Assembly: GCF_006345805.1 (NCBI RefSeq)
Contig: NC_043005.1
Location: 19,344,001 to 19,408,000, forward strand
Direction of reading: 5' to 3'
Length of the DNA: 64,000 nt
Source of the DNA: Octopus sinensis
Taxonomy: Eukaryota
Shown: positions 1 through 12,885 of the stretch, in pieces
How positions within the stretch are numbered: the first letter of the stretch is position 1
Layout of the letters: the number at the start of each line of letters is the position of its first letter
Notes under the pieces: model-generated
Seen by the model: the letters and a program-made list of their open reading frames with translations, nothing else
Told to the model about the DNA's origin: nothing
Database searches by the model: none
Made by a program: the position numbers and the translations under genes

Positions 1-258
1 AACCCCCCACCCAAAAAGTCCCTCTCAACTCATGACTATGATGCTCCCCCACTACTTCAGCTCGTGATCAGAGATGCGGATATCGTCAACCACTAAGGGA
101 CGTGCTCAACTGGTTCAGGTTAAACAACTGACAAGCAAATCTGTGGTATTGAGCAGAATATGTGCTGTAGTACCAGAACAAAACAATGTACATGATAACA
201 CTTCCAATCAGTTCAGATCAGAAGCCACGAGGGCCACTGCCTGGTACTGCATCAGGGC
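1..258. repeat. Interspersed repeat abutting (TTA)n, possibly the 5' UTR of an R4/Dong-like LINE on the minus strand
   Basis: Non-microsatellite block ending gccactgcctggtactgcatcagggca directly at a (TTA)n array; identity is inferred only from context. Confidence 0.25.
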
Positions 259-445
<187 letters not shown>

Positions 446-988
446 AGTTAATTAACTAATCAAGCTTTCTTGATTTATTGTTCGATTATGCTATCAATCG
501 CTTGCTTTATCGGAGTCATTTAATTGCGCATTTTCGACCTCATCAATGACAAGTCGTTACCCTAGCTATGTCTTAGTATCTCCCAACTTTTGTTATTATA
601 TTCCTAGTTTATTAGTGAGGTTGATTATAGGGTTGGCTATGTGTTTGTGTGTCTGTGTGTAAGGAAGGGGGGGGCGACATTTTTACGGTTAGAGTCTGAG
701 CTGACTCTCTGTCCGTGCGTGTGTATAGGCGTCCGTATGTTTGCGCTCTCACATAAATGCATTCATGAGGTTTTTTAAATGAGCAGATTTTATTTTTAGT
801 TCATGGCAAGTTTTCAGTCTTATCTCCTAGATCTCAAAGACATGCCTGCTTGTTTCAAGCTAGTTTATAAGAATCGTTCCGAAAGCAGACAAATAGCCCG
901 AAATTGGGGCAAGTGGGATGCTGTGAACAACATCGCCTGTACTTCCGAACTATTGCTTTGTCCACCGAGTCTCATATCTACACACATA

Positions 989-1150
989 GGCGCAGGAGTT
1001 GCTGTGTGGTAAGTAACTTACTTACCAACCACATGGTTCCGGGTTCAGGCCCACTGCGTGGCACCTTGGGCAAGTGTCTTCTACTATAGCCCCGGGCCGA
1101 CCAAAGCCTTGTGAGTGTATTTGGTAGACGGAAACTGAAAGAAGCTCATC

Positions 1151-1201
<51 letters not shown>

Positions 1202-1232
1202 GACACACACACGCACACACACACACACACAC

Positions 1233-1289
<57 letters not shown>

Positions 1290-1535
1290 TATATGTGTGT
1301 GTGTGTGTGTGTATGTTTGTGTGTGTGTGGGTCTGTGATTACCACCTCCAACATCACTTGACAACCGATGCTGGTGTGTTTACTTTCCTGAAACTTACCG
1401 GTTCGGCAAAACAGACCGATAGAATAATATTAGGCTTACAAAGAACAATTCCTGGGGTCGATTTTCTCGACTAAAGGTGGTGCTCCAGCATGACCGCAGT
1501 CAAATGACTGAAACAAGTAAAAAGAATAAAAAAAA
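989..1535 (+). mobile_element. SINE family A (tRNA head, CORE-like ccttgggcaagt block, internal TA/CA microsatellite, ...gcagtcaaatgactgaaacaagtaaaag tail)
   Basis: A/B-box-like tgtgtggtaagtag and ccgggttcaggccc; near-identical copies at 14007, 22058 and 33080. Confidence 0.85.
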
Positions 1536-1567
1536 CTTGCATGCACGCCTGAATTCTTATCCACGCA

Positions 1568-1944
1568 TACACACGGTTACGACGACGAGGATTCCGGTCG
1601 ATCCGATCAACGGAACATCCTGCTCGTGAAATTAACGTGTAAGTGGCTGAGCACTCCACAGACACGTGTACCCTTAACATAGTTCTCGGGGATATTCAGC
1701 GTGGCACAGAGAGTGACAAGGCCGGCCCTTTGAAATACAGGTACAACAGAAACAGGAAGTAAGAGTGAGAGAAAGTTGTGGTGAAAGAGTACAGCAGGGA
1801 TCACCACCATCCCCTGCCGGAGCCTCATGGAGCTTTTAGGTGTTTTCGCTCAATAAACACTCACAACGCCCGGTCTGGGAATCGAAACCGCGATCCTACG
1901 ACCGCGAGTCCGCTGCCCTAACCAGTGGGCCATTGCGCCTCCAC
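1568..1944 (-). mobile_element. SINE family C, full length
   Basis: Head gtggaggcgcaatggcccactggttagggcagcgg on the minus strand; highly similar to copies at 27198, 27883 and 60877. Confidence 0.9.
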
Positions 1945-2245
1945 AGCAAGTCAATATATAGTGGTGATTGCTCTGGCAGCAGCGGTGGTGGCGGTGGTGG
2001 GTGATGGTGGTAATTTGTATGTAGAGATGGGTGGCAGGTCATTGCTACTTCTTTCGTATTTTCTGTTAAGCATCGGCCGTTTTTCTCTTACATATAAGGT
2101 TTCGTTATTTATGACAACGCTGCGTGATCTAAGTGTGTGTCGATATGATTTTGTATATCTCTACTGTTTAGTACATGCCACAGATAAGTAATTAGCACGC
2201 TGATAGATTGCAGGTGTATGTCTTTTTACATAGTTACTCTTGCTA

Positions 2246-2557
2246 GTGGAGGTGCAATAGCCCAGTGGTTAGGGCAGCGGACACGCGGTCGGAAGATCGC
2301 GGTTTCGATTCCCAGACCGGGAGTTATTTATTCAACGAAAACACCTAAAGCTCCACGAAACTCCGGTAAGGGGTGGTGGCGACCCCTGCTGTACTCTTTC
2401 GCCCCAAATTTCTCTCACTCTCTCATCCTGTTTCTTGAGTAACGCTGCGATGGACTGGCGTCCCGTCCAGCTGGGGGTACACATACGCCATAGAAACCGG
2501 GAAACCGGGCCCATGAGCCTGGCTAGGCTTGAAAAGGGCGCATAAATAAATAAAAAA
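2246..2557 (+). mobile_element. SINE with family C head and an alternative 3' body
   Basis: Same head, then gctgcgatggactggcgtcccgtccag... and an A-rich tail; 9-bp TSD actcttgct at 2236-2244 and 2558-2566. Confidence 0.8.
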
Positions 2558-2916
2558 ACTCTTGCTTGTAATCTTCCATACTCTACGCCAGACAAAGCGT
2601 GGACAAAATAATTTCTCTCTCTGTCTCTGTCTCTCTCACTTTCTCTCTCTCTCTCTTACAAACACACAAACACGTATGCTTACATACATACATGCACGCA
2701 CACACTTGTATGAATACATACGTACACACACACACATTATTTAATTACTTAATGTCGAACGAATGAGTAAGGAGAGATGAATGCATGTTCTAGATGATAT
2801 AGTTTTTCATGAAAACAGAAGCTGCAAGTTTGTCGACTCTACTTTCGCGTCAGTGCGATCATCAGGCAAGAAACCCGGGTCGTGAGACACACTCGCAACT
2901 TCAGTCTTAATCTTAA

Positions 2917-2971
<55 letters not shown>

Positions 2972-3189
2972 AATACACATATTTATACGCACACACACAC
3001 AATATATATATAATATATATATATATATGTACGTATGTATTATATACACACACACGATAAGGCTTCACCTATTTTCTAGCTACTAAAACTTCTAGTAATA
3101 AGGTTTTGCTATAGTATCAGACTTGCTTATGGTGTTTTGAGATGCCGGGCCTAATTTCGAACCATAAGATTGCGAAGCGAAATATTTAT

Positions 3190-3863
3190 TAACTGATATC
3201 CCATTACTGATACTATGTTTTCTTATCGTATTTGTTTCAGCTCTCTCCTTTCATCACAACTAATTAAAACATCTATTTTCATTCAAGGTTTAATTTTTTC
3301 CCGATTATCAAGAATTTTTTCGGCTGTTATAATTACTTCAAAGGATTCTGTTACCACCAGCAAAAATATTTTTTCCTCTGTCTTCCCTTCTTGGGATCTT
3401 TCCTTCTCCTTGTTTCCGACGAAGAGCTCCGCTCGAAACGTTAAACCCTCCTTCCCTTCTTTCCTGAGCGTCAAATAATACTTTAATTGTTCCACGTCCT
3501 CGCGTTGCTGTGTTTTTTTTCTTTTTTTCTGTGTTTTCTTGTTTGGATTAACTATATATATATATATATATATAATTGATATAGGATAAAATTCTTTTCG
3601 GGAAAAAAATTTTATCAATGGCCAGCATATCAAATAATGCCTTTAAAGGTAAAATTTATACATAATTTACAAGATGAGGGCAGAATTAAAATTCTAATGC
3701 CAGATACGCCGAAAACAAAAAATTGTCGATAACCATTAAATTTGTGCGTCTCGAAACAAACCGATAGAAATCTCTAAAAAATTCGTTATTACCGTATTGG
3801 TCCAATTTCGGGGTTGATTCACAAGAAATTTTCCCCTCTTCAGTGCTTCTGCCCTTATCTTGT

Positions 3864-3921
<58 letters not shown>

Positions 3922-4570
3922 CACAAGTGTTAAAACCCACTTGTGTCTAATAATAAAGTTTGTTATGGTTCCACTTGTTTGTACTTCAAATTTTAATGCC
4001 ATGATTAATCTCTTAATTTTTTAATATTTACTTTTGCATTTTCTTTCTTTTTGATTGATTGCCCCTTGTGATTGATTAGAGTCACAGATAGATTAGATCT
4101 CATGTTAACTGCCGTCATGTTTATTGCCATCTCTACCTGTATCTGCAAATGAAAAACTCAAGTTTCAACTCCATTTCTAGCGATTGATATCTTTTGAGGA
4201 TGAGAATACCACCGTTCTCGTTATTATACATGCCTCTGGATAAATTTCATGATATTGCTCTAAAAGATTCGTGCTTATTGGCAATAATTACTTTACGCTG
4301 TTCTGCAAATTCAAATAACCTTACACCCTAGTTGTTAATTTTCTTCACAAACTATATTTATTAACTGTTCCTTTCTACGTATCATAAACAACTAATTCAA
4401 TTTTTGCTTTCCAGTCACCTTGAATTATAACTATAGGTTTATTTTTGCTTTGTTTGCAGATCTTTTTTCTAGATCTTCTTGGAATTTCACCCCATCTTAG
4501 TCATTGTTATTGCTAGTTGATGCATACATTTCGATGATTAAGATGTTGTATGGATTAGCTGCCAGTCATA
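3190..4570 (-). mobile_element. Degenerate RTE-clade LINE fragment (APE endonuclease plus linker)
   Basis: Minus-strand translation with stops and frameshifts: PYNILIIEMYAS, IIQGDWKAKI, LFEFAEQRKVIIANK, IITAEKILDNREKIKP*MKIDVLISCDERRELKQIR. Confidence 0.75.
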
Positions 4571-5019
4571 TTGTGTATATTCTACCAGTGCAAGGCTGAC
4601 AGCCGGAATTAAATAACATGTAAATGAACGCAACGTAGTTATGAATAAAACTATGTATGTGCTTAATAAACATATATTTCTTAAACATATTTTATGATTT
4701 CTATGTGCACATATATTACGTATATATATTAATACACGCGCTCAAGCACATTTATAATACATATATACATGCATATATACATATATATATATACACACAT
4801 ATATATATACATGTATATGTATGATGCGTATGTATATATGTATTGTTGTAAATGTGTGTGTACGTATATATATATATAAATTTCAGCTGACTCACAAAAA
4901 AGTGATTCATTACAGAACTCAATATGTATATGTTAAGTATTTTGGAATATTTTACGAAGGCTGTCGAGAAAATGCCAACCTCTACATTTTGTTTCAAAAT
5001 TGAGAGAGTGGTTCTTATA

Positions 5020-5700
5020 AAAACAGTTGTTTGGATCTCAGGTTATCCATTACTTTCCCACCTCCCGTGGAAATAAGCTAATACCTTTTTACTCTTTTCA
5101 TCTTTGCATGTGGAATTACCTTCTCGTACAAGTGAAGTCACTCTAAGAACTGTTCTCATGAGATACCTTCTTCAGGCTCACTTTCTTCATTTCGTTCCTG
5201 CCTCTCGTGGAAATACTCTCGCTATTGTAATTATCAAAATCTCATGAAAGAGCGATAGCTGTAAGTGTTATTCTCTAAAACACTTTTTTTCTATTTAAGC
5301 AATTCTTTGAAAACATTTTGAAACATTTCTTTTTAGCCAAACCACGTCACTAATCAAAGATACTTGTAATTACACAAAAGATACTTAGTTTCATACATAC
5401 AATTTGCTGATATTTCTGTTTGTTTATTCAGCCCCTTACTTTCCTGAAACAAAATCCTTAACCTTTCGCTCAAACATATCAAGTCAATTTTATTTTTATC
5501 TTAAGTTACCATTCATGTAGGGTTGTTCCTTATCTACAATTTCCCAGTTGATTTTGAATCGATGGAGATTGATTCATGTAAGGACCATATAAATTTCGAC
5601 ATAGCATATGTGCATATTTATCATTAGTTTTCTTTGTGAGAGTGTGTGTTTGACTATTATATAGTTTTATATTTTTAACATTCCCTTTTTTCTTACGATT
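5020..5700 (-). mobile_element. Penelope-like element 3' remnant (GIY-YIG C-terminus plus 3' UTR)
   Basis: Minus strand: MSKFIWSL, INWEIVDKEQPYMNG, LICLSERLRILFQESKGLNKQTEISANC..KYLL; same pattern as 41757-41975. Confidence 0.65.
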
Positions 5701-6159
5701 CGGCTCCTTTGGTTTGCTTAGTCAGTAAAAGAATCTACCACTATTTTCTCTTATATATCAATAATGGTGATAAGTATAGATTCTTTCATAATCAGCTCCA
5801 ATGACAGCGCTCAGATACACTTCTGCCTACGTACATTTCTCCCTAGCACTCCAGCTCATTCTGTTTTGTAAACTTATGAATTTGGATAAGTTTATATACT
5901 GTGAAGAGAAAGAGTGACGTTCCGTAGCTGATCCTTCATCTGAGAGAATTTTCCAAGTGAAAGCTGCAAATAGGGTGGTGATGAGAAGTTGTAAACGTAA
6001 GAAGTGGATGTAGGCGATGTACTAATATTTTTAAAAGGCATTGTCTTTTCGTATTTTCGTGTAACTAGAAGCCGAGGATACAAAGCACAAATGTCAGACT
6101 GGGGGCATGGAGAGGATAGCGAATATAAGTGTACTAAGCGATTAAGTGAGAAAATTTTT

Positions 6160-6431
6160 TAAACACACAGCTTTGCCAGCACTCATTAGCTAACTGATAT
6201 TCAGTTACTGTTGTTTCGTTTTCTTATCGTCTCTGTTTCAGATCTCTTCTTTGATCGCGGCAGATTGAAACATCATTATTCATTCAAAGATTAAATTTTA
6301 CCAACTATCAGGTCGGTAGCTCTTAGTATTTCTTCCGAGATATCTATAAATTCTTGAACATATTCATCTAATAATAATGAAGATATGACTGTTCCTCTTA
6401 ACCGTGCTTGAAATTCTGGTGTTTTAGCTTA

Positions 6432-6473
<42 letters not shown>

Positions 6474-6620
6474 AAGATCTTATTTTTGAATTTTGTTTTC
6501 TTCTGATTGATTTCATCATAATATCTACTATCACAATTAAAAGTTTGTGGTCTCAGCCTGTATTTATATCAAGAAATACTCAAGTTTTAACATAGTTTAT
6601 ACTCGACTGATACTTTTTAG
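6160..6620 (-). mobile_element. Degenerate RTE-clade LINE fragment (end of APE plus linker)
   Basis: Minus strand: KYQSSINYVKT, G*DHKL, EFQARLRG, DQRRDLKQRR, EYQLAN; DNA similarity to 3200-3310. Confidence 0.7.
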
Positions 6621-7619
6621 GAAGAAAACAAAATGTATTCGGCTCTTATACCGAGTATCGTAGCCAGAAGGAAAGCAAAGGAGCGACCACATCTCCTTAG
6701 CACACGCCTTGTGCTTCAATTCTTTCGTTTTCTTTTAATCGCTTTGGGAAATCTTTCTGAACTCATTACTTTATTCGACCAAAATCCCAATGTATTGAAT
6801 TATCTACTCGATCTCTGATGATGCGTTGGTGGTGAAACAAGACAAATCGTGATATCATAACATTCTCTCTGATTCAGGACAATCGCATTGAGGAGTTTCA
6901 TCTTGATCATGTCATAAGTCACAACTTTGGTAAATAATAAAACTATTATTAAAACACGAAATCACTAAACAAAAAATACAAATATGCAAATGTATGTTTC
7001 ACTGGGTAGAAATTGTAACCTTGCTTTTATTTCACTTTTGCAAGTTTTTCGCTTTTTTCTGTGCATTTTAGCCCGAAGTTAATTCCGTGACATTGCCTAA
7101 CACACTTGTCTCACATCATAAACTGGCGATTATGAAATCATTATTTCACTATGTTTTATAGACGCAGAGTACTTTCAATACTATCCTGTATTGCATAAGT
7201 GACAGGCGATATGTCGTTATTCTTGGTCAACCACGAAAATGCACCTTCCATCTCGTCTATCTCTTTCTGTCCCTCTCCTTCTATCGCTTTGCCTCCTTTT
7301 CTGCCCCTATAACTCGCTCTCTTCAGCCATACACTAAAGTAAGCCTGAGGTTCTGCATTTACATCCCTCCCTTTCTCTTTCTCTCCCTCTTTCTTTTTCT
7401 CTCAATCTTCCATTTGCTTCGAACACACGATGAGGAAATCTCCAACTGATTTTGCATTCATAATTGAATGACGAGTTTCGACAGATTCTGTATGAGGTGT
7501 ACAAAATTCAACAGAAATTCTGAATCGCAAGAAACAAAGAGATCCTGTACTCACGCAGTGAAAAAGATTGCTTAACCAAAGAAAGAGCGCTAATTCGATA
7601 TAAATGCAAACCCTAAGGT

Positions 7620-7810
7620 TTGCCATGCCGGATAAAAATGTTTAACGGCAGTTCGTCCGTCTTTACGTTCTTAATTCAAATGCCGCCGGCGTCGACTTTG
7701 CCTGTCATTCTTTCAGGTTCGATAAAATAAGTACCAGTTGAGCCCTGGGGCGATGTAATCGATTTATACTTTTCCCCAAAATTACTGACCTTGTGCCAAA
7801 ATTTGAAACC
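7620..7810 (+). mobile_element. SINE family B, short type (Meta-domain-like)
   Basis: gtcgactttgcctgtcattctttcaggttcgataaaataagtaccag core. Confidence 0.75.
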
Positions 7811-8245
7811 TATATTAATGCAAGCTTTGCTGCTATTTCTAGCAATTCATCGCATTACAAATTTTCAGTTCCTTCCAGGAACTGAGTATGTTCCCGTACT
7901 CTATAACTGAATATGCATTTTGGCAGCTAGTTTTATGTTTTTATTGATTATACACTGTAAAATATTCTCTTGCAATATATAATTTTGCCTTGTTTTACGC
8001 ATACGCATTGCATACAACTTCATTCTTACTGTTTACCCTCAGTATTAAATCATTGCTGCAGATAGAACATCGTTGTCCAACATATGCTTTCTCGAATTCA
8101 CGTAGATGTATACACGCATATGTACGGTACTTAATATTTTCTCCTCATCTTTCCCAATGTTTATAGACTGCTCTATATAAATATGCGTTATTTGTGTCTT
8201 CCTTGCTTACAAGTCATCTCTTTGTGTGTGTGTGTGTGTGTGTGT

Positions 8246-8284
<39 letters not shown>

Positions 8285-8889
8285 TCATAGTCCCCTTGAT
8301 CATTTGTGCTTATTGATTATAACCAGTTTGTGTTGTTATATAAATTCTGATAATCCATGTACGACTTTCGGGAAGACAACGAACGAACAACGGAAATCAA
8401 AGTTTAGTATTACTTCAACTCTGGAATAAAGAAAAAGAAGAAATTGCCTTCGTTTTGGACGGCTTTCCTTTAAAGAAAGAACAACAGAGAAGATAAGGGC
8501 AAGATGACCAAAGGGTAATTTGTAGTAAATATTCAGCTAAGATGTAAAGCAAATAGACCCGCACTAAATATATATCGGTCATGGGCAAACAAATAGTTTC
8601 TGTGCGCATGAATGAAGTATGTATGTAGGTGCTTATTCGTGTGGAAGATGTGCATTCCCAAGTGAGTACGTGGGTGTAAGGCAGTATGTATGAATATATG
8701 ATACGTATGTATAATGTTTGTTTATGCTATGGTAGTTTGTGGTGTGTTTAGAAAAATGCGGTGTAAAGCTCTTTCGAAGGAAAAATAGGGCGACAGTGAG
8801 AGGGAGAGGGAGAGAGTGTGTGTATATAATGTTTGTATTTTCAGATATAAATAGTTAAATGAAGGAAACTGATTATTTAATCTATGATG

Positions 8890-9150
8890 TAGAGTCATGC
8901 TGGAGTGACAGATGAGTTACTGTTCTCATCGGAACTGGAACAGTAGAGAACCATGGTATAAAACGAGATGTGAAGTTCGGTGAACGGAAATGATGGGCGA
9001 ATCGTAAAACACTGTTGTTAAATCGGACTTTTTGAAGGTTCCTGCTAAACCTATCGGCTAATCCCTGTCAAATCTTGTCTACATAATGCTAGTGTCATAG
9101 TCGGCATCTAATCCAGTAGTGAAGTTTCCTGTGGTGCGAGTGAACCGATC
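8890..9150 (-). mobile_element. Degenerate Penelope-like GIY-YIG endonuclease fragment
   Basis: Minus strand: LHYWIRCRL*H*HYV...GLADRFSRNLQKVRFNNSVLRFAHHFRSP, resembling the IYCIRC..C..LYIGET.R.LADRF.EHL...PVA.HF pattern. Confidence 0.55.
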
Positions 9151-9189
9151 TGTTACATGAAAAAATTACATTTGTTATTCTTATTCATG

Positions 9190-9387
9190 TAATTTGCCGC
9201 TGCCGATGCCATAATGAACGTACCGTTTTTATCAGATTTGTAATCACTAGCAACATAGCCATCATTATTATCATTATCGTCATCACCCTTATCATGCTTT
9301 TCCTCATCATCACAATTTTTATCATTATTATCATTTTTATCTTTATCATTGCCGTCGTTGTCGCCTTCATCGTCGCAATCTTCATCG

Positions 9388-9422
<35 letters not shown>

Positions 9423-9587
9423 GCTATTACAAACGTTGTCCTTGTCACCACCTCTACCATCACCATCAAAATTCTTTGCCAAATTGCCAATCTCACTATT
9501 CGTTGTTAGTACAACAGCACAGCCGTTCTATAAAAGTATTGAAATTATTTTCTGTCTCTCCCCCTTTCCTTCACTCCCGTCTCTCTC

Positions 9588-9655
<68 letters not shown>

Positions 9656-9900
9656 TCTCTCCCTCCCACCTTTTCTTTCCTTCCAATCTTAAATTGATTT
9701 CTGTTTCTTTCACTCTTGTTCGAACATGGTTTTACTCTCAATTTATCTTCTGCATTTCTATCTCTCTTTTATCTGTCTGCCTGTCTCTTTATCTCTCTTT
9801 ATCTTTTTATATGTTTGCCTCTCATGTTGTCTCATATCCCCCCTCTCTCTCTCTCTCTCACTATATCATTCAACACGCCATTTCTACGACTGTCTATCTT
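9190..9900. repeat. (CAT)n-type then (CT)n low-complexity tract
   Basis: Read directly. Confidence 0.9.
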
Positions 9901-11324
9901 TAACCCTCTACTTTCTCCAATTCTCATTATCTCACTTCCTTAACTCGCAGCCACTTTCATTCAATCTCTCCTTTTCCCTTCACCTCATCTTACGTCCATT
10001 CTTCATTGAAATAAATGGTAGACTTTGAACCAGTCACAATATCCTGCTGATTTTAAGAATTTCTCTTCATTTTCGTAACTTTTATTCGTTTATTCTATCA
10101 AAACTCGAGGTTGACTTTGCTCTTCACCATTCTTAGATCAATAAATTATGGAACTAGTCAGGTAACGAGTTACGTTTAATCGAATCTTTCATCCTCAATA
10201 CAGGTGACAATTGTTAGAGTGATATATGACCTAACTAAACATTGTCAATGATGGCTATTTCAGTTACATGTCTTGTTATTGAACAGCACGATGAAGAGAT
10301 GGATTCTGCAAAGCAAAAAGCTCCCCATTCTGTGCAATTTACTTGATTATTCTTCTGTTTATCCTTTATCCACTTTAACGCCACCGCCTGGTCCTTGGGC
10401 GCATTTGGCGGAATTCATTTCGTTACAAACTTTCAGACCAGATTTCTGGTCAAAGGAGAACTTCCACTCTTCCTTCCGTCAGTTATAAAAGCCCTAAAGA
10501 TAGTTATGGTAGTTGCCCTTTCACCTTTGTCTAAACCAATAAGTAAGTTAATACTCAAGGTTAGGAATTAGGTAATAATAAAGAAAATTATGAACAACAG
10601 GCCTTATAACGTCGGGCCAATATATAAAAGTATTTTGACCACAGATTATTTACTTATAAATTTATCATCATCAAATTGGGACTACTCTCAGCAGGCTGAC
10701 AATCATGAATCGTTATTTGTTATGTTCTCATACATTTATTGCGTTTTAAATCAGTCCATTTCTTTATATTCTCCATACACGCAATTCTTGGTTTTTTCCT
10801 TTCCACTTTTCTCATTCATTTTTGTCTGCTAAGTGAATAGATTTTATTAACAAATACTTTGTACGCATATAGTTATTTGTTTGTTGTGGAATCGATCTAA
10901 TTGACTATATCTACTTTTAAATGTTGTAGTCTTCTGTGTATATCATAAATCATTATTCTAGTACTTGAGTAGATGTTAGAGAACACCCAGCCCCGTATTT
11001 AGTTACTTTCCTTTACTGTTTGCTTCAAAATTCAGGCAAAGTCAGCCCTACCGTACATCTTCCGAAGATCAGTTAAATTTTAGGGTCAATATAATCGATT
11101 ACATCCACCTCTTGCATAGTTGTATGATTTTTTCCAATGGTGGAAAACAAATTTTTCTTTTTGTTTAGCATTTCGTAGTGCCATGTTGTTGGTGGTGGTG
11201 ATGGTGGCGGTGGCGGTGATGGTGGTGGTGCCGGTGGCAGTGGTAGTGGTAGTGGTAGCGGGGGCGGTGGCGGTGGTGCTTATGGTGTTGTTGCTTATGA
11301 TGTTATTGTTATTGTCACTGCTAA

Positions 11325-11515
11325 GGCAGCAAGAAGTCAGAATTGTTAGCGAATCGGACAAAATGTTTAGCGGCATTTTTTCCGGCCCTTTGAGTTCTGA
11401 GTTCAAATTCTGCAGATCGACTTTGCCTTCAACCCTTTCGAAAGTCAATAAAATAAGTATCACTCAAGTACTGGGTCGATGTCATCGACTTCTCTTCCTC
11501 CTCTAAAAATTGCTG
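11325..11515 (+). mobile_element. SINE family B, short type, degenerate
   Basis: gagttcaaattctgcagatcgactttgccttcaaccctttcgaaagtcaataaaataagta. Confidence 0.7.
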
Positions 11516-11774
11516 GCTTTATGCCGTTGCTGCTGCTGTGGTTGTTGTAAGTATTATTTTTGCTAACGTTGCTTTATTACCAATAAAGAGCTTAGAAAAC
11601 GTGAAGGACCGCTGCAATAAGTGTGTGAATCTGAGAAGGGAATATGTTGAATAAAAATCACAATTAACTGATCCTCCTATATTTTCTTTTACCAGAAACC
11701 AGAGACTTTTCATAATAAATCCAATGCAATTTATAATTTCAATGAAAACTTTCAAAATCAAAATAAAAGTCATG

Positions 11775-12150
11775 TTCATCACCAAACGACCTAAATTTAT
11801 TAGAAGGAATTATCGTTTAGTTTAAATTCCAATTGAGCTGACGTGGCCTCAACTTCTGTCTCTTGTTTATCGTGCCACAAGTGGACATATTCCACACTAT
11901 CCAATGAATTTGATACGTCACATTTCTTGAAACACTTTATTACTGTATCCATATGATTCTACGCTTTTTCGAAGAAGTTACTCAAGAAATTCAACTTTGG
12001 ATCTCTCATACTGCCACATTTTGTGAAGGACTTTCCCCCTCTGACTGGCATTTTGTTCTGATATCATCTTATTAAAATATGCCTCTAAGAATTGTACCAA
12101 TGGTGTCAATTTTCAAGGAATAACTGCCATTTTTATTACACACATTGTTG
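11775..12150 (-). pseudogene. pogo/Tigger (Tc1-mariner) transposase C-terminal remnant
   Basis: Minus strand: MAVIP*KLTPLVQFLEAYFNK (cf. VIPGGLT..LQPLDV..NK) and DTVIKCFKKCDVSNSLDSVEYVHLWHD (cf. TI.K.FKKC.ISN.LDG.ED..LW.D). Confidence 0.7.
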
Positions 12151-12885
12151 TATCTAATTACCAAATAAGTGTTAAAGTTGAAATTTTCTTATTTCAGTGT
12201 TGCTACAACAAATTGTATGAAACTACCATTTCTAACTTCAATTATCAGTCATCATAATCAATAGTCTAATTTTTAGACTATTATTCATTGTAATTTCCAT
12301 CTCGTCGATATTTATAATTTCATCTTTATTACTACTATTTACACTTGTGTTATTTAATTTTCAACCAGATATTATTGCTCAAGATATTTTCAACCGATTA
12401 TTTGTTTCTTTGTCATATTTTGTCGTCGGTTTCCTCATCATAATATGCCAATTCAGCAGTTAGTGAGGAATAGCGATGCAATACGCATCATCAATCAAAC
12501 AATGTAGTTTTTAAAAATTCATTATTATGTTAAATTATGCGTGAAACTTTTACAGTATTCATTATATTATACATTATTTTTTCGTTGTATGTCGATCATT
12601 CTATATTGTTATCACAATGATATCGGAAGCAGACGTTCATTTATTCGATAATTTAAGCATTGTTATCTTTTAATTGTGTAATTATTTATCAACGTCACAA
12701 AGTGTCAACCTGAGTACTGTAATAGTTTGTAAAATACAATTTATCTTCGTTCTCCCCACATGCATATATGTGCGAGCATATATGCAAATATATATGTGCA
12801 CACACACACACACCACACACACACACACACACATGCACACACACAATGTGTTGCATATATTTTACGTGCATCTGTCTGCATATTG

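Noticed and set aside
2840-2880. Minus-strand CUGAUGA...GAAA hammerhead-like motif
   Set aside because: Stem II closing pair (U/C) and stem III do not form.
6815-6845. CTGATGA...GAAAC motif on the plus strand
   Set aside because: No stem II pairing and no NUH triplet with stem III.
9079-9149. Apparent minus-strand terminal exon DRFTRTTGNFTTGLDADYDTSIM*
   Set aside because: Another frame of the same DNA matches a Penelope GIY-YIG domain.
10248-10560. Coding-like segment: carboxylesterase-like KDQAVALKWIKD on minus, possible terminal exon ..SCPFTFV* on plus
   Set aside because: The minus frame has in-frame stops and lacks FGG/GESAG; the plus exon has no partner. A decayed piggyBac-like remnant is equally plausible, so it is unresolved.
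11519-11785. Hydrophobic ORF MVMNMTFILILKVF...
   Set aside because: It lies just 3' of the pogo transposase remnant and ends in a triplet repeat; no splice support.
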